This document shows, piece by piece, positions 12,961 to 27,559 of a DNA stretch of 64,000 nucleotides (within the stretch, counting starts at the first letter, position 1; the number at the start of each line of letters is the position of its first letter). The notes beneath the pieces are model-generated. The model did no database searches and had not been told where the DNA came from. It worked only from the letters and a program-made list of their open reading frames with translations. Position numbers and translations under genes: made by a program. This DNA comes from Octopus sinensis (lineage: Eukaryota): positions 93,992,001-94,056,000 of the forward strand of contig NC_043001.1 in NCBI RefSeq assembly GCF_006345805.1. The letters are read 5' to 3'.

Positions 12961-13355
12961 TGAACTGAATTTAGAAACAAGGGCTCAAAAAGTTATACTA
13001 ATTAACATGCGAGATAAATTCTTGACATAGAAATCTTGGTTGATTCGAGAGAACGGAATCAGACACCCAGCAGCAATTGTAATGGACTCTGAAAGAGAAC
13101 AGAAAATATTCTCAAGTAACAAACAATTCTCCAGAATCACCATGCTGTAACGGAAACGCGGTCAATGGTTTTTAACCGAGGATGAAATAGCAAATATAAA
13201 AACACGTTTCTCTCTAACTTGAAAAGCGTTAGCACAACGTTGCACAACGTTGATATTAGGCAGACATACATATCTTTGCCTGCAGGTGTGAGTTTGTGCA
13301 GAAAAGCGTGTATAATGCACACACACACACAATATATATATATATATATGTATAG

Positions 13356-13516
13356 CCGTAGGAGTGGCTGTGTAGTAAGAAGCTTGTTTACCAACGACAT
13401 GGTTCCGGGTTCATTCCCACTGCGTGGTCCCCTCGGCGAGTGTCTTCTCCTATTGCCTCGGGTCGACCAGAGCCTTGTGAGTGGACTTGGTAGACGGGAA
13501 CTGAAAGAAGCACGTC

Positions 13517-13568
<52 letters not shown>

Positions 13569-13715
13569 GTGTGTGTGTGTGTGTGTCTTTGTGTGTCTGT
13601 GTTTGTCCCGCCAACATCGCTTGACAACCGATGCTGGTGTGTTTACGTCCCCGTAACCTAGCGGTTCGGCAAAAGAGACCGATAGAATAAGTCCTGGGGT
13701 CGATTTGCTCGACTA
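13356..13715 (+). mobile_element. tRNA-headed SINE family B with internal (TA)/(TG) microsatellite
   Basis: Head 'gtaggagtggctgtgtagtaag...ccgggttcattcccactgcgtgg', body 'cttgtgagtggacttggtagacgggaactgaaagaagc', distal 'ttgacaaccgatgctggtgtgtttacgtccccgtaac'. Confidence 0.85.
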
Positions 13716-13850
13716 AATATGTACACACACACATATATATATATACATAGATATTTATATATAAACATATAGTGGTGATTGTCGAAACGACAGAAATTTG
13801 AGAGAAATTGTTTGAAGACAAATAGACATCTGCTTCATATGTACCTGTGT

Positions 13851-13887
<37 letters not shown>

Positions 13888-14178
13888 GAGAGAGAGAGAC
13901 ACACACACATGTGTGTATATGTCTACATATCTTTGTGTGTGTGTGAGTGTATGTATGTGCGTATAAACAAAAAGCTGAAATGTCAGTTAAGCATCACGCT
14001 CGTGCACAAGTTCATACACGACCACATGAAAAATGAACGGAAACACAAAACCTTATATACATATACACGTATATAAATATATTCTTTCAACCATATAGCC
14101 ATATACGTATTATACACGAAGACATACATAAGCATACTTTTATATATAAATATGACCACGTACATATGTGTGTTTATT

Positions 14179-14221
<43 letters not shown>

Positions 14222-15189
14222 ATTTTTCTGATATTTACATAGGCTTTCAATTTTCTCTATTCATCAAGTCCAAACCAGTGCCCCGACAGTGCGCGCGGAC
14301 ACTGAGAATATGTATATATATATATATATATATATGAGTGTGTGTGTATATACGGTGGGAAATAGAGAGAGAGGTGCAAGTGTGGTTGTGTATGTGTGTG
14401 TGTGCATGTGTGTGTGTATGTGTGTGTGTGAGTGTGTAGTTTATTAAACAATCGATACACACGTCTTTACAAAGAAAATGGTGGTACTACACAGAAAGAC
14501 AGGGTGAATGAGAAAGACAGAGAAAACGCTAACGCGAGGGAAGAGTTAGTAAGACACACACACGCACAGACACAAGCACATAAATATTTTCTCATATGAA
14601 TGCATATCCCGCCCTGATTATATAAGGGGAAGTGTGAGATTGAGGGGTGACAAAAAGATCGAAGACTGGCTTCGTACTTCGTTTACGAACTAAGAGATAT
14701 ATAATGTAATTATAAGCGAGTGATGGTACGGTAACTGTTTACTGTACAGTTTCGTTGTATATATGATACATCAGCAGATAAATGTGTTGGAGGGCATTTA
14801 CTTATTTCTCCTGAGATTTTGCGATCAAATCCCATTGGATTTAGGTTAAACTTCAATATAGACATCAATACAAATATCAGTAGCATGCTTCGTAGAATTG
14901 AGTTAATCAGTTGTGCTAGTGGCGGAGGGGAGAAAAGGTCCAAATACATGCACTAGAAATCATATTTTTATTATGACAAACAGATAAGCGTTAAGTTATC
15001 GATCGACCTGCTATAATTAACAGGATAATATCTCACAACTCATGAACTTCAGTATAAATATATTGGAGGGAAGTGTCTTGCTTGCATTATATACGTGAAA
15101 CGATCAGGAGATGACTGCAGCTCTCATCATAGGTCAACATCTGGATTGCCCCATAACAATACAATATTCAATATTATAGAAATGTAAGA

Positions 15190-15580
15190 GAATGAGCTGG
15201 CAGAATCGTTAGCACACCGGACAAAACGCTTAGCAGTATTCTATCTGTCTTTACGATGTGAGTTCAAATGCTGCCGAGATTGATTTTGCCTTTCCCCTTT
15301 CGAGGTCGATAAAATAATTAACACCTGGACACTGGGGGGTCATTTAATCGACTCAACTCCACCACCAAAATTGCTGGCTTTGTGCTAGAACTCGAAAACA
15401 ATATACTTTACGACACAAGGCCGCGAGCTGGTGGAATCGTTACCATGCCTGGCCAAATGTTTAGCGGTATTTCGCCTATATTTACGTTCTGTGTTCAAAT
15501 TCTGCCGAAGTGGAGCATCTTTTAATCCATTCGGGATCAATAAAATAAGTAGCAGTTGAGTACTAGTGGGAGACGAGGGT
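15190..15580 (+). mobile_element. Two diverged SINE family A-related copies
   Basis: 'gagctggcagaatcgttagcac...gagttcaaatgctgccgag' at ~15194 and 'cgagctggtggaatcgtta...gtgttcaaattctgccga' at ~15424. Confidence 0.75.
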
Positions 15581-15654
15581 ATCTCCTTTCTGGAATTCTG
15601 AAGGAGGATCTGTGGTTGGAGAGGCGCTGCTTAAACGAGTTACCGGAACATCCG

Positions 15655-16050
15655 ATGTATTGTGGGTGTTGGCGATGTTGATTTTGACGATGCTGCTACC
15701 GCTGTTATTGGTGCTGGTGTTGCTGGTGTTGGCGTCATTAAAGGTGGTGCTGGTGCTGGCGTCGGTGCCGGCAATACTGGCGTAGGGGACATCATCAGTG
15801 ATGGTGCGGCTATTAGTGGTGTTATGGCCATTGTCGTTGGGATTGTTGGAGCTGTTACTGGAGCTATCATGGTGGATGATACCCGTCGCTGTTGTTATTG
15901 ATATCTTTAGCGATTGTGGTGCCGCTATTTCTCTTCGGGACGCTGGCGTTGCTGGCGATGCTGCTGCTGCTGCTATTTCTGTTAGGATTGCCGCTGTTGG
16001 TGCTCTCACTTTTACTACCGTAGTAGTCGTTGGGAAAGCTACTGCTCTTT
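15655..16050. repeat. Degenerate (GCT/GGT/GTT) trinucleotide low-complexity tract
   Basis: Seen directly; produces the A/T/S- and G/V/A-rich ORFs in the track. Confidence 0.8.
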
Positions 16051-16700
16051 CTGCTGCTATTGGGTTCGACTATCATTTGAGCCTCATAGACAACCACCTT
16101 GGTTTCACAATGGTCTCCTACTGGGCATGTGTTGTAGACCCTGTATGAGCATCCTACCTCTACTCATGGCTTAGAGATGTTAACTAGAATGCTCTTAATA
16201 TTGGTGGCGCAGCTAAAAAAGACACTTAGGTTGTGTCTGTTAAAAATGTGTCCGTACCTACGTAAACGTGTGAAGTGTTTATCTAGTAGCCTAAGGAATA
16301 TCCTACCTACACATGCGTTTACGTTCACTCCTTAAAAGATGGTCAGGGCGTCATCGCTGTACAGTCCAAAGAGGATAGACGGGGATTTCTTCTTAAAGGT
16401 ATCGACGATATACAACCTGATGAGGTTGCTTATATTAGCGCTATCATAGTCCTCCATCGCTACGTCGAAAGAGCCTATGGGTTCGGATTACTTGACCTAG
16501 GTAGCACCTTTATAGAACAGCACTATTTTTCTGGCATCCATAATGATACCTATGTCGCTGTCGCTTATGTCAGTGAAGCCCCTATCAAAGGAAATTGCCC
16601 TGACCAATAGCAATTTTTATGCAGACGGGTAAAAATCGACGATGTCGAACTGGGTGAACCTCGTTCTGCCTCTCCTCTTGTTGGTATTAAACCATACCAT
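16050..16700 (-). mobile_element. Penelope-like element (PLE) fragment: RT, linker and start of GIY-YIG region; decayed and internally deleted
   Basis: One minus-strand frame: QFDIVDFYPSA*KLLLVRAISF...IIMDARKIVLF...FDVAMEDYDSANISNLIRLYIV...GLYSDDAL..*GVNVNACVGRIFLRLLDKHF...HIFNRHNLSVFFSCATNIKSIL; further on CPVGDHCETKVVVYEA. Matches PLE motifs FDIVEFYPSI, FDVTMGSYDGAE, GLYRDDGL, FL.LIDKHF, IFNRN..KVSYSC and CP..G.C....VVY.A. Confidence 0.9.
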
Positions 16701-17521
16701 CATCTACACCATAGGGAGCGGTTATAAATATGAATATATATATATATACGCTTCTAGTAATCATAAAGAGTATATATATCGTTCAGGACATTATATAAGC
16801 ATTAGATAATTAAAGCCCATAAAATGTTCTGAAGAATATTCTACTTATTATGTAATCATACAACACTCTGCGTACATCTATATGTATATTTTAATACATA
16901 TACATATAGATGTGTGTGTATATATATGTATATGTCTGTGCATATTTATATGTATACATTCATACATGTAGATATGTGTTCATATGTATGTATGTGTACC
17001 TGAATACGAAAATACAAACTTAAGATTTTTTTTTTTTGCATTTAGAAAGTGAGTATTTATACTTTTATCGATTACGCTATTGACGCATGTACAATCAATT
17101 TAATATTTTATATCATTCAAATATATTTTGACGATATAGGTAACCACATTAACTGCGTTCCCAGAGGTAAAGCGTCTCAGTAAATATTTACAAAACTATC
17201 GAGATGTATGTCTGTATGTCCGAATTGAATTACCGTTAATGCGATTTTAATTCTTCAGGTTATTAACGTCAAACTCTTTGTAAATTTTTACTACATTTAG
17301 ATCAGTTTGATCTCTGAACCTTATGCAGTGTTTTACGCGCACATTGCACCATTTATATTATCTAATTGAAATTTACTCGATCTTAGTAGCAATGTTTATA
17401 TCATCCATTATTTTAGTATATATTATTTCAGTATCTATCAACAATTCTTCTAGTACGTTCGTGGAAATTTTGTTATGTTACTAGCCATGTTCTGAAAAAT
17501 GATAGTGCATAATTCGTTTAA

Positions 17522-17573
<52 letters not shown>

Positions 17574-17615
17574 GGTTGGAAGAGGATACGTGGCGTTCAA
17601 TCATATAATAATATA

Positions 17616-17652
<37 letters not shown>

Positions 17653-18098
17653 TATATACATACGTAAATGTACATTCTTACATCTATACGTATATATTTA
17701 TATTCATATGTGGGTATAGGACGTCACGAAACGTGTGCAACAAAAAATACGAAGTGCGAGTACATGAAATATGAACTATTTTTTCGAACAACGAAGGACT
17801 AAAATGGAAAACTAGACAAACAACGCAAAGAACGAAGCTTTATGAGTTATTGGCTGTTTTTCTACTCTCGTATTTCGCACATTTAACAAGATACGCTTTC
17901 GATAAAACAGTTGCTCCCGCAAAACAAAGTAAATACAATTTTGGATGTTGCGTGGGGTCAAAATTGTTAACACAAACAGGAAAGTGAAAACAAAATGGAA
18001 GGGCCGCTACCTGTTTCGTTGTACACGTTTCATGATGTCCTGTGCCCACATACGCTGTGGGCACAGCGTATGTAGATGTAACTATGTAGATATACGTA

Positions 18099-18162
<64 letters not shown>

Positions 18163-18169
18163 ATATCTC

Positions 18170-18749
18170 AATGGGTTGAGGTTCACTACAGCTGTTTCAA
18201 ACGTGCTTTTTATTGATGAAAGGCGTTCTGTTGTGCGTATGGTGGGACTGTGAAGGGGTTATCCATTACTAATTGCTTGAATGGAACCAAACGATCAACG
18301 TGGAACTCTATGTTCAACAGATGGAATGACTCAACACGGGTATTCAAGAGAAAAAGCCTAATCGGCAGCTTGGAGTCCTGCTGCACGACAACGCCCGCCC
18401 TCATATCGCAAATATGATCAAGGAAGCCATTTAAACGCATGGCTAGGAAGTGCTGCCACACCCAACGTACTCTCTTGATTCGGCACCAACGGACTTCCAC
18501 CTCTTTCAATCTCTTTCAAATGCTATGCGCGGAGTTAGGTGCAGAATTGAGGGCTTATTGGATCAATTTTTCGAGTCGAAATCGGGTGATGTCTACCAAC
18601 GAGGTATTGAAAATCTTGTTGAACGTTGGGAAGAAGTTGTAAACAACAAGGGTGATTAGATTATTGATTAATTAGTTGTTATTTTTGATTAAAGCTTTTA
18701 AAAAATTTAAATTTAAAAAAACCGTGGGAATTTAGTTGCCAACCTAATA
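18170..18749 (+). mobile_element. Mariner (Tc1/mariner, DD34D-type) transposon 3' half, decayed
   Basis: Translation VLLCVWWDCEGVIHY*LL...LLHDNARPHIA...EVLPHPTYSLDSAPTDFHLFQSL...YQRGIENLVERWEEVVNNKGD*. The end 'ttgccaacctaata' is the reverse complement of a tattaggttgg-type mariner TIR. Confidence 0.9.
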
Positions 18750-19689
18750 CTCAATACTACCACTACATTCTCAAAATTTCATTCACACCATAAAACCTCT
18801 TTGGGTGAAAAGCACATGGAATCTACGGTTCCGCACTTTCCATTTGTAATGACAAAATATGAACTCCTACTGGAATTTACATAGCATGGAAAAGGAATAT
18901 TTCTTCCACACATACAAACCACGTTCCTTGGATAATGGGACTGCAACTATAACATACTACATATAACTCCTTATATTGAACCCTACTTATTTCCCCCTAT
19001 TTAGCCATTTCATATTGTCTGTGTTGGAGGGAGATCCTCAATAAAGAAGCAGCTGTAATATTAACTTTCTCTTTATAAATGTCCTGAAAATTCCACACAG
19101 CCTTTGGATTTGTCTCATTTTAATACATACATACATACACACACATACTCATATATATATGTTTGTGTGTGTGTGTACTATGTATGTGTGTGTGTTTGTT
19201 TGTGTGTGCCTGCGTGTATGTGAGTGTGTGTGTGTCTGTATCTATGTACCCATCTATATATGAATGTATGGATGCATATATTACGTTGTCAGATAATTTT
19301 GTTTGTCGTTTTCTACTTGTTACTGCATTGGCGTAGGTCTAAAAAGAGGTAAAATTTATTCAAATCTCAAAAACGATGAACAAAATTTGTGAAGGAAATA
19401 TAGAGCAACAAAAACCATAAAAACTCTACGATAAAAATATTATTTGTTTATTCAAATAACATCAGAAAAGATTAATATGAATGCCTAAAGAAAAAATAAA
19501 TAAAGGAAACGAACGAATTTATTAGACAAGCAAAAATATGTATACATACAAACGAATCAAACACACACACGTACGCACACGTACATATATATTAACGTAC
19601 TATCATATACACGATATGTAAGTAATTTTCTCCATATTTAGTTTCCATATTCTACAGTCTATGAATTCCATATACTTTTCTACTCTAGG

Positions 19690-20095
19690 AACAAAACTCG
19701 AAATTTTGGGGGTGGGGGAGTCGATTGGATTGATCTCAGTACGCAACTGGTACTAACGTTATCGACCCCGATAGGATAAAAGGCAAAGTCGATCACGGAG
19801 GAATTTGAACTCAGAGGGAAAAGACAGACAAAATACCGCTAAGCATTTCGCCCGGCGCACTAACATTTCTTATAACTCACAAGGGGATAAATATAGAGGG
19901 GAGAAAGAAAGACAGACAAAGGAATTAAGTCGATTACATCGAACCCAGTGCGTAACTGGTACTTAAATTATCGACCCCAAAAGTATAAAAGGCAAAGTCT
20001 ACTTCGGTGGAATTTGAACTCAGAACGTAACGGCAGACGAAATACTGGTAAGCATTTCGCCCGGCGTGCTAACGTTTCTGCCGGCTCGCCGCCTT
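19690..20095 (-). mobile_element. Two adjacent SINE family A copies
   Basis: Reverse complements of the SINE A head ('aatttgaactcaga...gcatttcgcccggcg..ctaac') at ~19800-19865 and ~20010-20095. Confidence 0.8.
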
Positions 20096-22089
20096 TAGGA
20101 ATTCTATATTCTATGGTCTATACATTAATTCATTCTTGGTTTTGTGATGCTTGAAGAAAATGTACATCATTTGTTTATTGAAATACAAATATATATGTAA
20201 TTACGCAGTATTTTGTATTGCTAACGATTTTTTTCCGTAGAATTCGACAGAAATTAAAATTTGAAAATATTTCCTATGAAATTTTATAGATCATACTATT
20301 TCTGGAGAATAGATATTTAAATAACCTAAAATTTTAACTTTTACATAGCCACATACGATTTTTTAAAAAAGATTTTCCTTAATTTAAATTCATTTTGATT
20401 GGTTCATGTGAAGTTGAAGTTGCGAAGTACATTTTGTAAATATTTTTACTCCGAATTTTCTACTACAATGATTTGAATTTTAGATTTGACGAAAAAATTT
20501 CGCAATTTGAAATCTTCCATTATTACATAAATTATTGCATGTATAAAAAAAAGAATTATTGAAATTGGTTTTGTACGGTTTTCTAGTCCATATTTTCAGC
20601 TTAACTCCTCAAATTAGCGTTAATTTTTCTTCACTAAATTTTAGCTTTCATATTGACAAGAAGCAAACTTCCGGAAATAACATTTACGCAGGTCGATTGA
20701 AGATCTGTCATATGTAGTATATGTGTTCTGTACATATTCGTGTGTATGTCTATATAGATATACATATATGTATATATAGTTACATTCATATACATATATA
20801 CATATATGTATATATATATAACATGTATATGTATGTGTGTGTATATATATATGTGTGTGTGTGTATGAAAGGATACAGAAATAGATACTGAGTGGGTTAG
20901 AAAGCTCAGAGTTTGTCAAATAACTTACAGCTAAATACATTAATCAATCATAGTCATATTTGTACATGCTACCATTGTATTTGTATACAATGTCAAGTAC
21001 TTTCATATATTATAACCATCTTCAGGGAAATGTGTATGTAATGGTATCAACAATCAAGAAATGCCTGTCACACCTGAGAAATATTGTGGAATGGTTACTT
21101 TATTGCCATTAAATATCTTGAGTTGGTACCAGAAGACTGAAGTTTACTAACGCTAGCTTAACTTAGCGTGCAGCTTAGATGCTAAGGTTATGCAGCTTAG
21201 AAACATTGTTGACATTGACTGCGCTTATTCATATTTTACGCTCTTAGCGTCATCACCAGAAGGTTAGACAACAATATTGAGTAACATTTAAACTGCTGGT
21301 CTTCTGCCAAAAGTGGAATAATATATTCACAGAGTTATCAATTCAGAAGTGAGTGGAACTACTCAGTATTACTCTCTTTCTTTTCTTTTATTTTCCCTTC
21401 AGACATAATGTTTGGAAATAGAAATATTGGTTTCAAATTTTGGTAAAATTTCCGGGCAGCAGGCTAACAGTTTACATCAACCCAATATAAATTTTACCAA
21501 TTATGAGCATTCGTTGAGCAGTATTTTACAACCTGTTAAGACCTACATTTCGAGTTCGTGTGTGTGTTATTACTGGGTATCCACAATTTTGCTTTCACGT
21601 ATCTCTTCCGATCAGTTACATTTGCATATAATTCAGCTCTTAATTTCAAAGTACTTTCTATCGCTGTTATCTAATTCACAAGCTTTGACAGATGAAGTTG
21701 TAAAGATCTTATCGATATTGCACTTCTCGTGTTACGAATCCTAGCTCATGAAGCTTAGTCCCACGACAGTGACACAAACGAATCCGAATGCTCAAAAATA
21801 TTTTGGTAGAATTCTAAAGATAGAATGCGCGTGGAGAACCTGCAGATTTGTCAGCTGATCACAGATATCCCAACCCGTTTTTACTAAAAACTTTCAATTG
21901 GTGTGTCTGGAGTGATTGTATATACTTTTGACTGAATTTTGTATTCTACAAACTATTGTCTCTTTCTCTCTGTCTCTCTCTGTCTTTCTCTGTCTGTCTC
22001 TGTCTGTCTGTCTCACTCCCTCCACACACACACACATAAACACATGTATATATACATGCACATATACGTATATAATTTCAAAAATATAA

Positions 22090-22250
22090 TTTCGGGGGAG
22101 TGGGAAAGTCGATTACATCAGCCCCAGTGCTCAACTCGAACTTATTTTATCGATCCCGAAATGGTGAAATACAAAACCGACCTCGGCCGAAATTGAACTC
22201 GGAAAAGAAAACGGAGGAAATGCTTTCAAGTATTTTGCACGACTTTACAA
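22090..22250 (-). mobile_element. Diverged SINE family A-related copy
   Basis: 'gtcgattacatcagccccagtgctcaactcg..cttattttatcgatcccg...gacctcggccgaaattgaactc'. Confidence 0.65.
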
Positions 22251-24279
22251 CGATTTTAATATGTATTGAAATGTATTTTATTGAATGGTGATATAATTCA
22301 ATATGGAACACAATACCATGGGTTGAGTGCATAGATCGGTTAACTACTTATATATTAGATTGCCTACACCAAATTTCGCCTGGTTTGAGCTGTTCCACAC
22401 AAACGTAAACAGCTCATTTGCGATATCTGCTAAAAAAGTATATAAGTATATCTCCTATATATTTTGATGCTGAAATAAATAAAATGACACGCGGAACTTC
22501 TCTGTGAAATATAGAAGAAATCTAAATGAATTTTTCCTTCAAATGAAAGAAGAAATCGAAATGTTGTCTCAAGTTATAAGGAAACGATGAAAAGTAATGA
22601 TTTATATTGGAGCAGGTTCAATACTCTATCAATATAAAATATTGTTTAGAGCTGCTCTGAGACACATAATAATTAACCTCAGTATGTATAAGTGCTCACG
22701 GATTTTAAAACACGAGATAATTCAATGAGTACTATTATTTCTGTTTTATTTACGTATATAACTCCTGTGCCACAGTATACATGTTATATAACAATGGCTT
22801 TCATTTGCTAAAACATATAACCGAAAACGTCACTTTATTTCTATGACAATTTAAAGTAGTGATTAGACTGTATTTTCATCTGCCTAACAAATGAACTAAA
22901 TGCTACCTAATTTTCTCAATCTTTTCAAAATACCAGACAAATCTCCCTTAAGACATTTCCTGATTGACAACAGTGATTATAATAACATGAGATGCTGGTA
23001 TTATGATGGCCTCTGGTATAAAATAAATATCAATGACTCTCTAATGTCGTGTTATACACTTCCTTAAGTAAGGGTAACCAAATATTTAATTAAAATACCC
23101 ATTGCTAACTAAAATAATACAAGTAGAATTTGCAATACAATACACAACGGAAATGATTCAATGGCGTCTAAGCATTGTGAAAATGTTATTTATTTCATGG
23201 AGATGAATATAAAGAAATCAAGAAACCAGATTAGTAAATAAAAAGAGAGAATAATGAGCAAACAGTATAAATTTATTTGTACATTATCTCGCCAAAAGCA
23301 CATTGTAACCTATGCAAATCCATGACATTAAGCTTATATCGGGGCGGTTTCAGTAGAAGTGCGAAAATGCAGAAGTTTGGGATAAGTCAAAATAGTGAAG
23401 AACTATATGAAAATAAAGTTGAGAAGTTATTTGTAAGTTGACTAACAGTATTAAGATCAAATCTTCTTCCACATATTTCTAACAAAAAAGAAGAAAAAAA
23501 AAACGGAGGTACAAATTAGCCAAAAGGAAGCTGAATTATGGATAACGAACTGCTGATTCATATGAGTCAAGAAATAAAGTGGCAAGAAAAATTTCTATCT
23601 CAAGAGGAAAACAAATTTTAGATTTTATAATACCAGATTAAATGAAGCCAAGTTGATATTAAACATGTCGAAACGTATATGTTTGTATATGAAAACATGC
23701 AAAGAGAAAAGAAGCAGCAGGCTTAGTTTTCATTATAGAAAAGAGATAATGGAATAATGACAATATTTTGTTAATGTTTCGTAGTTCCCAATATTTAGAA
23801 TCTGCAATCTATACATCTTTAGCAAATAACATTTTACATATATAAATATGTAATTTTCTATTTCATATATAACGATGTTTTCTAAATCTCTGGAGTCTGT
23901 CGGTTTTAGTTCAACAGTGGCTAACGAAGTTAAGAATCATTGAAACATATATATGCACTACGAAATAAATTAAAGCAAATGTTCCATATTGTCTGTATAC
24001 CGTATATTTTGTCCGTTTATTAAATTTTTATAGACATAAATCTCAGTAGCGACCAAATCGTAACCAGATGAGGACGTTATATAATTACATATGACGCTTA
24101 ACTGAACAAAGATTGTTCACTTTTACGGTTACATGCGTCTATATGTTCTAGATATAAATTGAAGAATGTCAAATTATGATACGCTAGTATTTTAAATTTT
24201 TAATCTCCTTCTCAATTATAATTTCTTGGTGATGTAGAGTGAGAGATACATTCTTTGGGCAACTTCGAGTCGATGGTAA

Positions 24280-24365
<86 letters not shown>

Positions 24366-24383
24366 GTCTATCTATCTATTTGC

Positions 24384-24478
<95 letters not shown>

Positions 24479-24510
24479 TATATCTATCTATCTGTCTGTC
24501 TTTCTATATA
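24280..24510. repeat. (CTAT)n/(CTGT)n microsatellite
   Basis: Seen directly. Confidence 0.95.
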
Positions 24511-24740
24511 GATACAAAATACACAAACATACACACACATGTTTATAAGAATATATACATATACATATATATACATTTACATATATATACATATACATAT
24601 ATATACAAATATATATATATATATGTATATAAATAGATATATACATCTATATACATATATACATATATACATGTATATTATCTACATATAAATTATATAT
24701 ACATATGTATATTACATATATATGTATGTATATATGTATG

Positions 24741-24771
<31 letters not shown>

Positions 24772-25459
24772 CTGTGTGTGTGTCCGTGTGTATTTATATA
24801 TTTGTACATATACATATGTATCTATATACGTATATACGTATATATCCATATATATATATATATATCGATGGGCAGAGGAGATAACTTACTCTAAGTATTG
24901 GATAATATTTCGCGGTAGTAACTATGAGGATGTAAGTTCCCAATTAATCAATTCAAATAAACATAAAGATATAGTTTTACAAATATTTTCCTGTGGTCTA
25001 TGTAATCGACCCCAGAACATAATTCAACTCGTACTTAATTTGTGGACTCTGAAAGAATGAAAGGTAATGTCGACCTCGACGGAGCTTGAACTCAGAATTT
25101 AATAATGTACGAAATGCCCATAAGCATCTAACCTAGCGTGCTAACGGTTCTAACGTCTATGAATTCAATGATATGAAACCAATACAATACGATAATGTTA
25201 GTATTAAGTACATGAGCTCTCTCCCTGTCTTTCTCTCTGTCTCTCTCTCTTATTTTTAGGCGAATGAATGGATCCCACCTAAACACTCTCACCTAAACAC
25301 TCCTCCACACACAAACACAGGGTGTCAAGAGGTGATGAGAGAGCAAACATTGACTCGACGACACACACGCACACGCACGAACACCCACGCGTACCCACGC
25401 GTGCACCCACACACATAAACACATACGCATATATATATATATATTATATATATATATAT

Positions 25460-25590
25460 AATGGGCTTCTTTCAGTTTCCGTCTAACAGATGATCAACTC
25501 AAAAGTTTGGTCGGACTGTGGCTATAGTACAAGACACTTGATAAAGGTGCCACGAAGTGGGACTCAGCCCAGAACCACGTGGTTGGGAAG
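25460..25590 (-). mobile_element. SINE family B head/body fragment
   Basis: 'gggcttctttcagtttccgtct...gctatagtacaagacacttg...gtgccacgaagtgggactcagcccagaaccacgtgg'. Confidence 0.75.
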
Positions 25591-25628
25591 CCAGATTATA
25601 TATATATACATAGGATATTATTATTAAA

Positions 25629-25721
<93 letters not shown>

Positions 25722-25934
25722 GTAATAATATCAGAGGCTAGCATGCTTGAAATAACCTTAGAGGTGAAATTAATTGAAGTTTATAATTATATTTAGAATT
25801 AAAATGGAGAGTGCACGGATAGTACCAGCATAGTAGTTTTTGAATCATATTTCTAGCAATGATGGTGCTATTCTTGTACCCTTCATTATAATTATAAATA
25901 TAATTATAGACTTTATATATATATATATATATAT

Positions 25935-26215
25935 ATCACCGTGACAAACCAGTCTATCAGATGTTGCTACACATCGCTAGTCACAATGCGCTTCGCATTG
26001 ATTTAGTCTTCAAATGATGCCACCCCGCTGGCTAAGCGAGCAGGCTAACAGAAGAAAGAGTGAGAGAAAGTTGTGGCGAAATAGTACAGCAGGCATCGCC
26101 ACCCGAACCCCCTCTGCCGGAGCCTCCTGGAGCTTTAGGTTTTTTCGCTCAATAAACACTCACAACGCGCGGTCTGGGAATCGCAACCGCAAGCCCTAAC
26201 CACTGGGCGATTGCG
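25935..26215 (-). mobile_element. tRNA-headed SINE (family C head/body with an alternative tail)
   Basis: Head and body are homologous to 5243-5420. The tail 'gcctgctcgcttagccagcggggtggcatcatttgaag...gcgatgtgtagcaacatctgatag' also occurs at 61765-61885 (+). Confidence 0.75.
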
Positions 26216-27559
26216 ACTCCACTTATATATATATATGAATACACATTTTTAATTATACTTATATACATATAAATGATGTTTCCCGGTATGTCTATTGTAC
26301 TTTCTATCTTTCCCTCTCTTTCTCTCACTCTCTCCCTATCTCTACCATTTCTCACTCTTTCTCCCTTTCTTTCGCCTTACCCTCTCTCTCCATTTTATAC
26401 CATTCTTAATGTCTCTCAGAGTGCTTGCAAGTGAATGCGGTTGAAAATTTCCCAAGAGTCTATGAAATTATGAAACAAATCATTGTTTAACCAAAAATAA
26501 TGGAAAGGAATTAAATTAAATACTGACAGAATCGAATCAATAATGCAAGCTCTATAAAGACAGATATTTTTCATATTAACCTAATACTTATAAAGAAAGA
26601 CCTGGCCCGTACAGGGGTTTAGTGGCGTCTATGAAAACCTGCCATAGATTTTGACAGCTACATTATCAACTATGACACGTACAGAGTCTATTTTAAAATT
26701 GTATAATTACTATAGCACCAGACACGTTCTTATACACTAGTTGGATAGATATTTGAATTATATATACCCAAAGTAATTGAAAACATTAACAAAAAAAATG
26801 AGTACAATCTGACCACAAGATCGTGAGTTTTCTTACTTGAATTTAAGACGGCGGCTAATGTTATATAATTTTCGATCGTTTTCATTGAGGAGATTTATAG
26901 CCAGGTACGTGCTCAAATGAACTTCGTATTTTCGGACGGTGTGTCTACCACAAAACTACAAAACAACTTCCTATTATGTTACATACACACTCGCGGCCAT
27001 AGACACACACACAAACACAGACACACAGAGATATCGACATATACATGTAAACACACACACGCTCACACCTGCGCGCACACACACACATACATTAATAAGA
27101 TCATAATTTTTATAAACTTCGAGAGAACGTGAAAGAATGTTCTTTGGAGAATATCTCGAAGCATACACGCATTAAGCTATAATAACAGCATATAAGTATT
27201 GTGCTGAAAAGGACTGTTTGTCAAGCTGCCTGCTAAAAAGAATTTAATACATATTCACATACATGTATATATATATATATACATACATACATACATACAT
27301 ATATATATACATACATATATATATTTAAATAAAAAATTAAAAATGGAAAATACGCACACTCACATCGTTTTAATATAATTTTTAATACATCGACCGGTTT
27401 CTCTATCGCTATTCATGATATTATGTTTTACTTATTTGAATATGTAGGTTTTCTTTAGAAGAAATGTTTTTAAGTTACGAAACATTTTTTTTTTTTGATA
27501 TTGCATTTTCTCATTATGAAATAAAATTCCCTGAATCTATTTTGCCATTTATGATTTAT

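Noticed and set aside
12960-13210. Possible R4-type N-terminal remnant after (AAT)n (…GQWFLTEDEIANIK)
   Set aside because: Similarity too weak to support without a profile search.
13356-13430. tRNA-like A/B box heads (here and in other SINE copies)
   Set aside because: They continue into SINE bodies and lack a convincing cloverleaf; not called as tRNA genes.
15563-16148. Ala/Thr/Ser- and Gly/Val-rich ORFs resembling mucin or structural proteins
   Set aside because: Degenerate trinucleotide tract open in several frames, fused to PLE and SINE remnants.
16417-16423. CTGATGA hammerhead-like core
   Set aside because: Antisense of PLE RT codons (NLIRL); no matching stem II, GAAA or stem I arrangement.
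22400-24200. AT-rich stretch with short protein-like fragments (possible old transposon or virus)
   Set aside because: Frequent stops in all frames and no recognisable motif.
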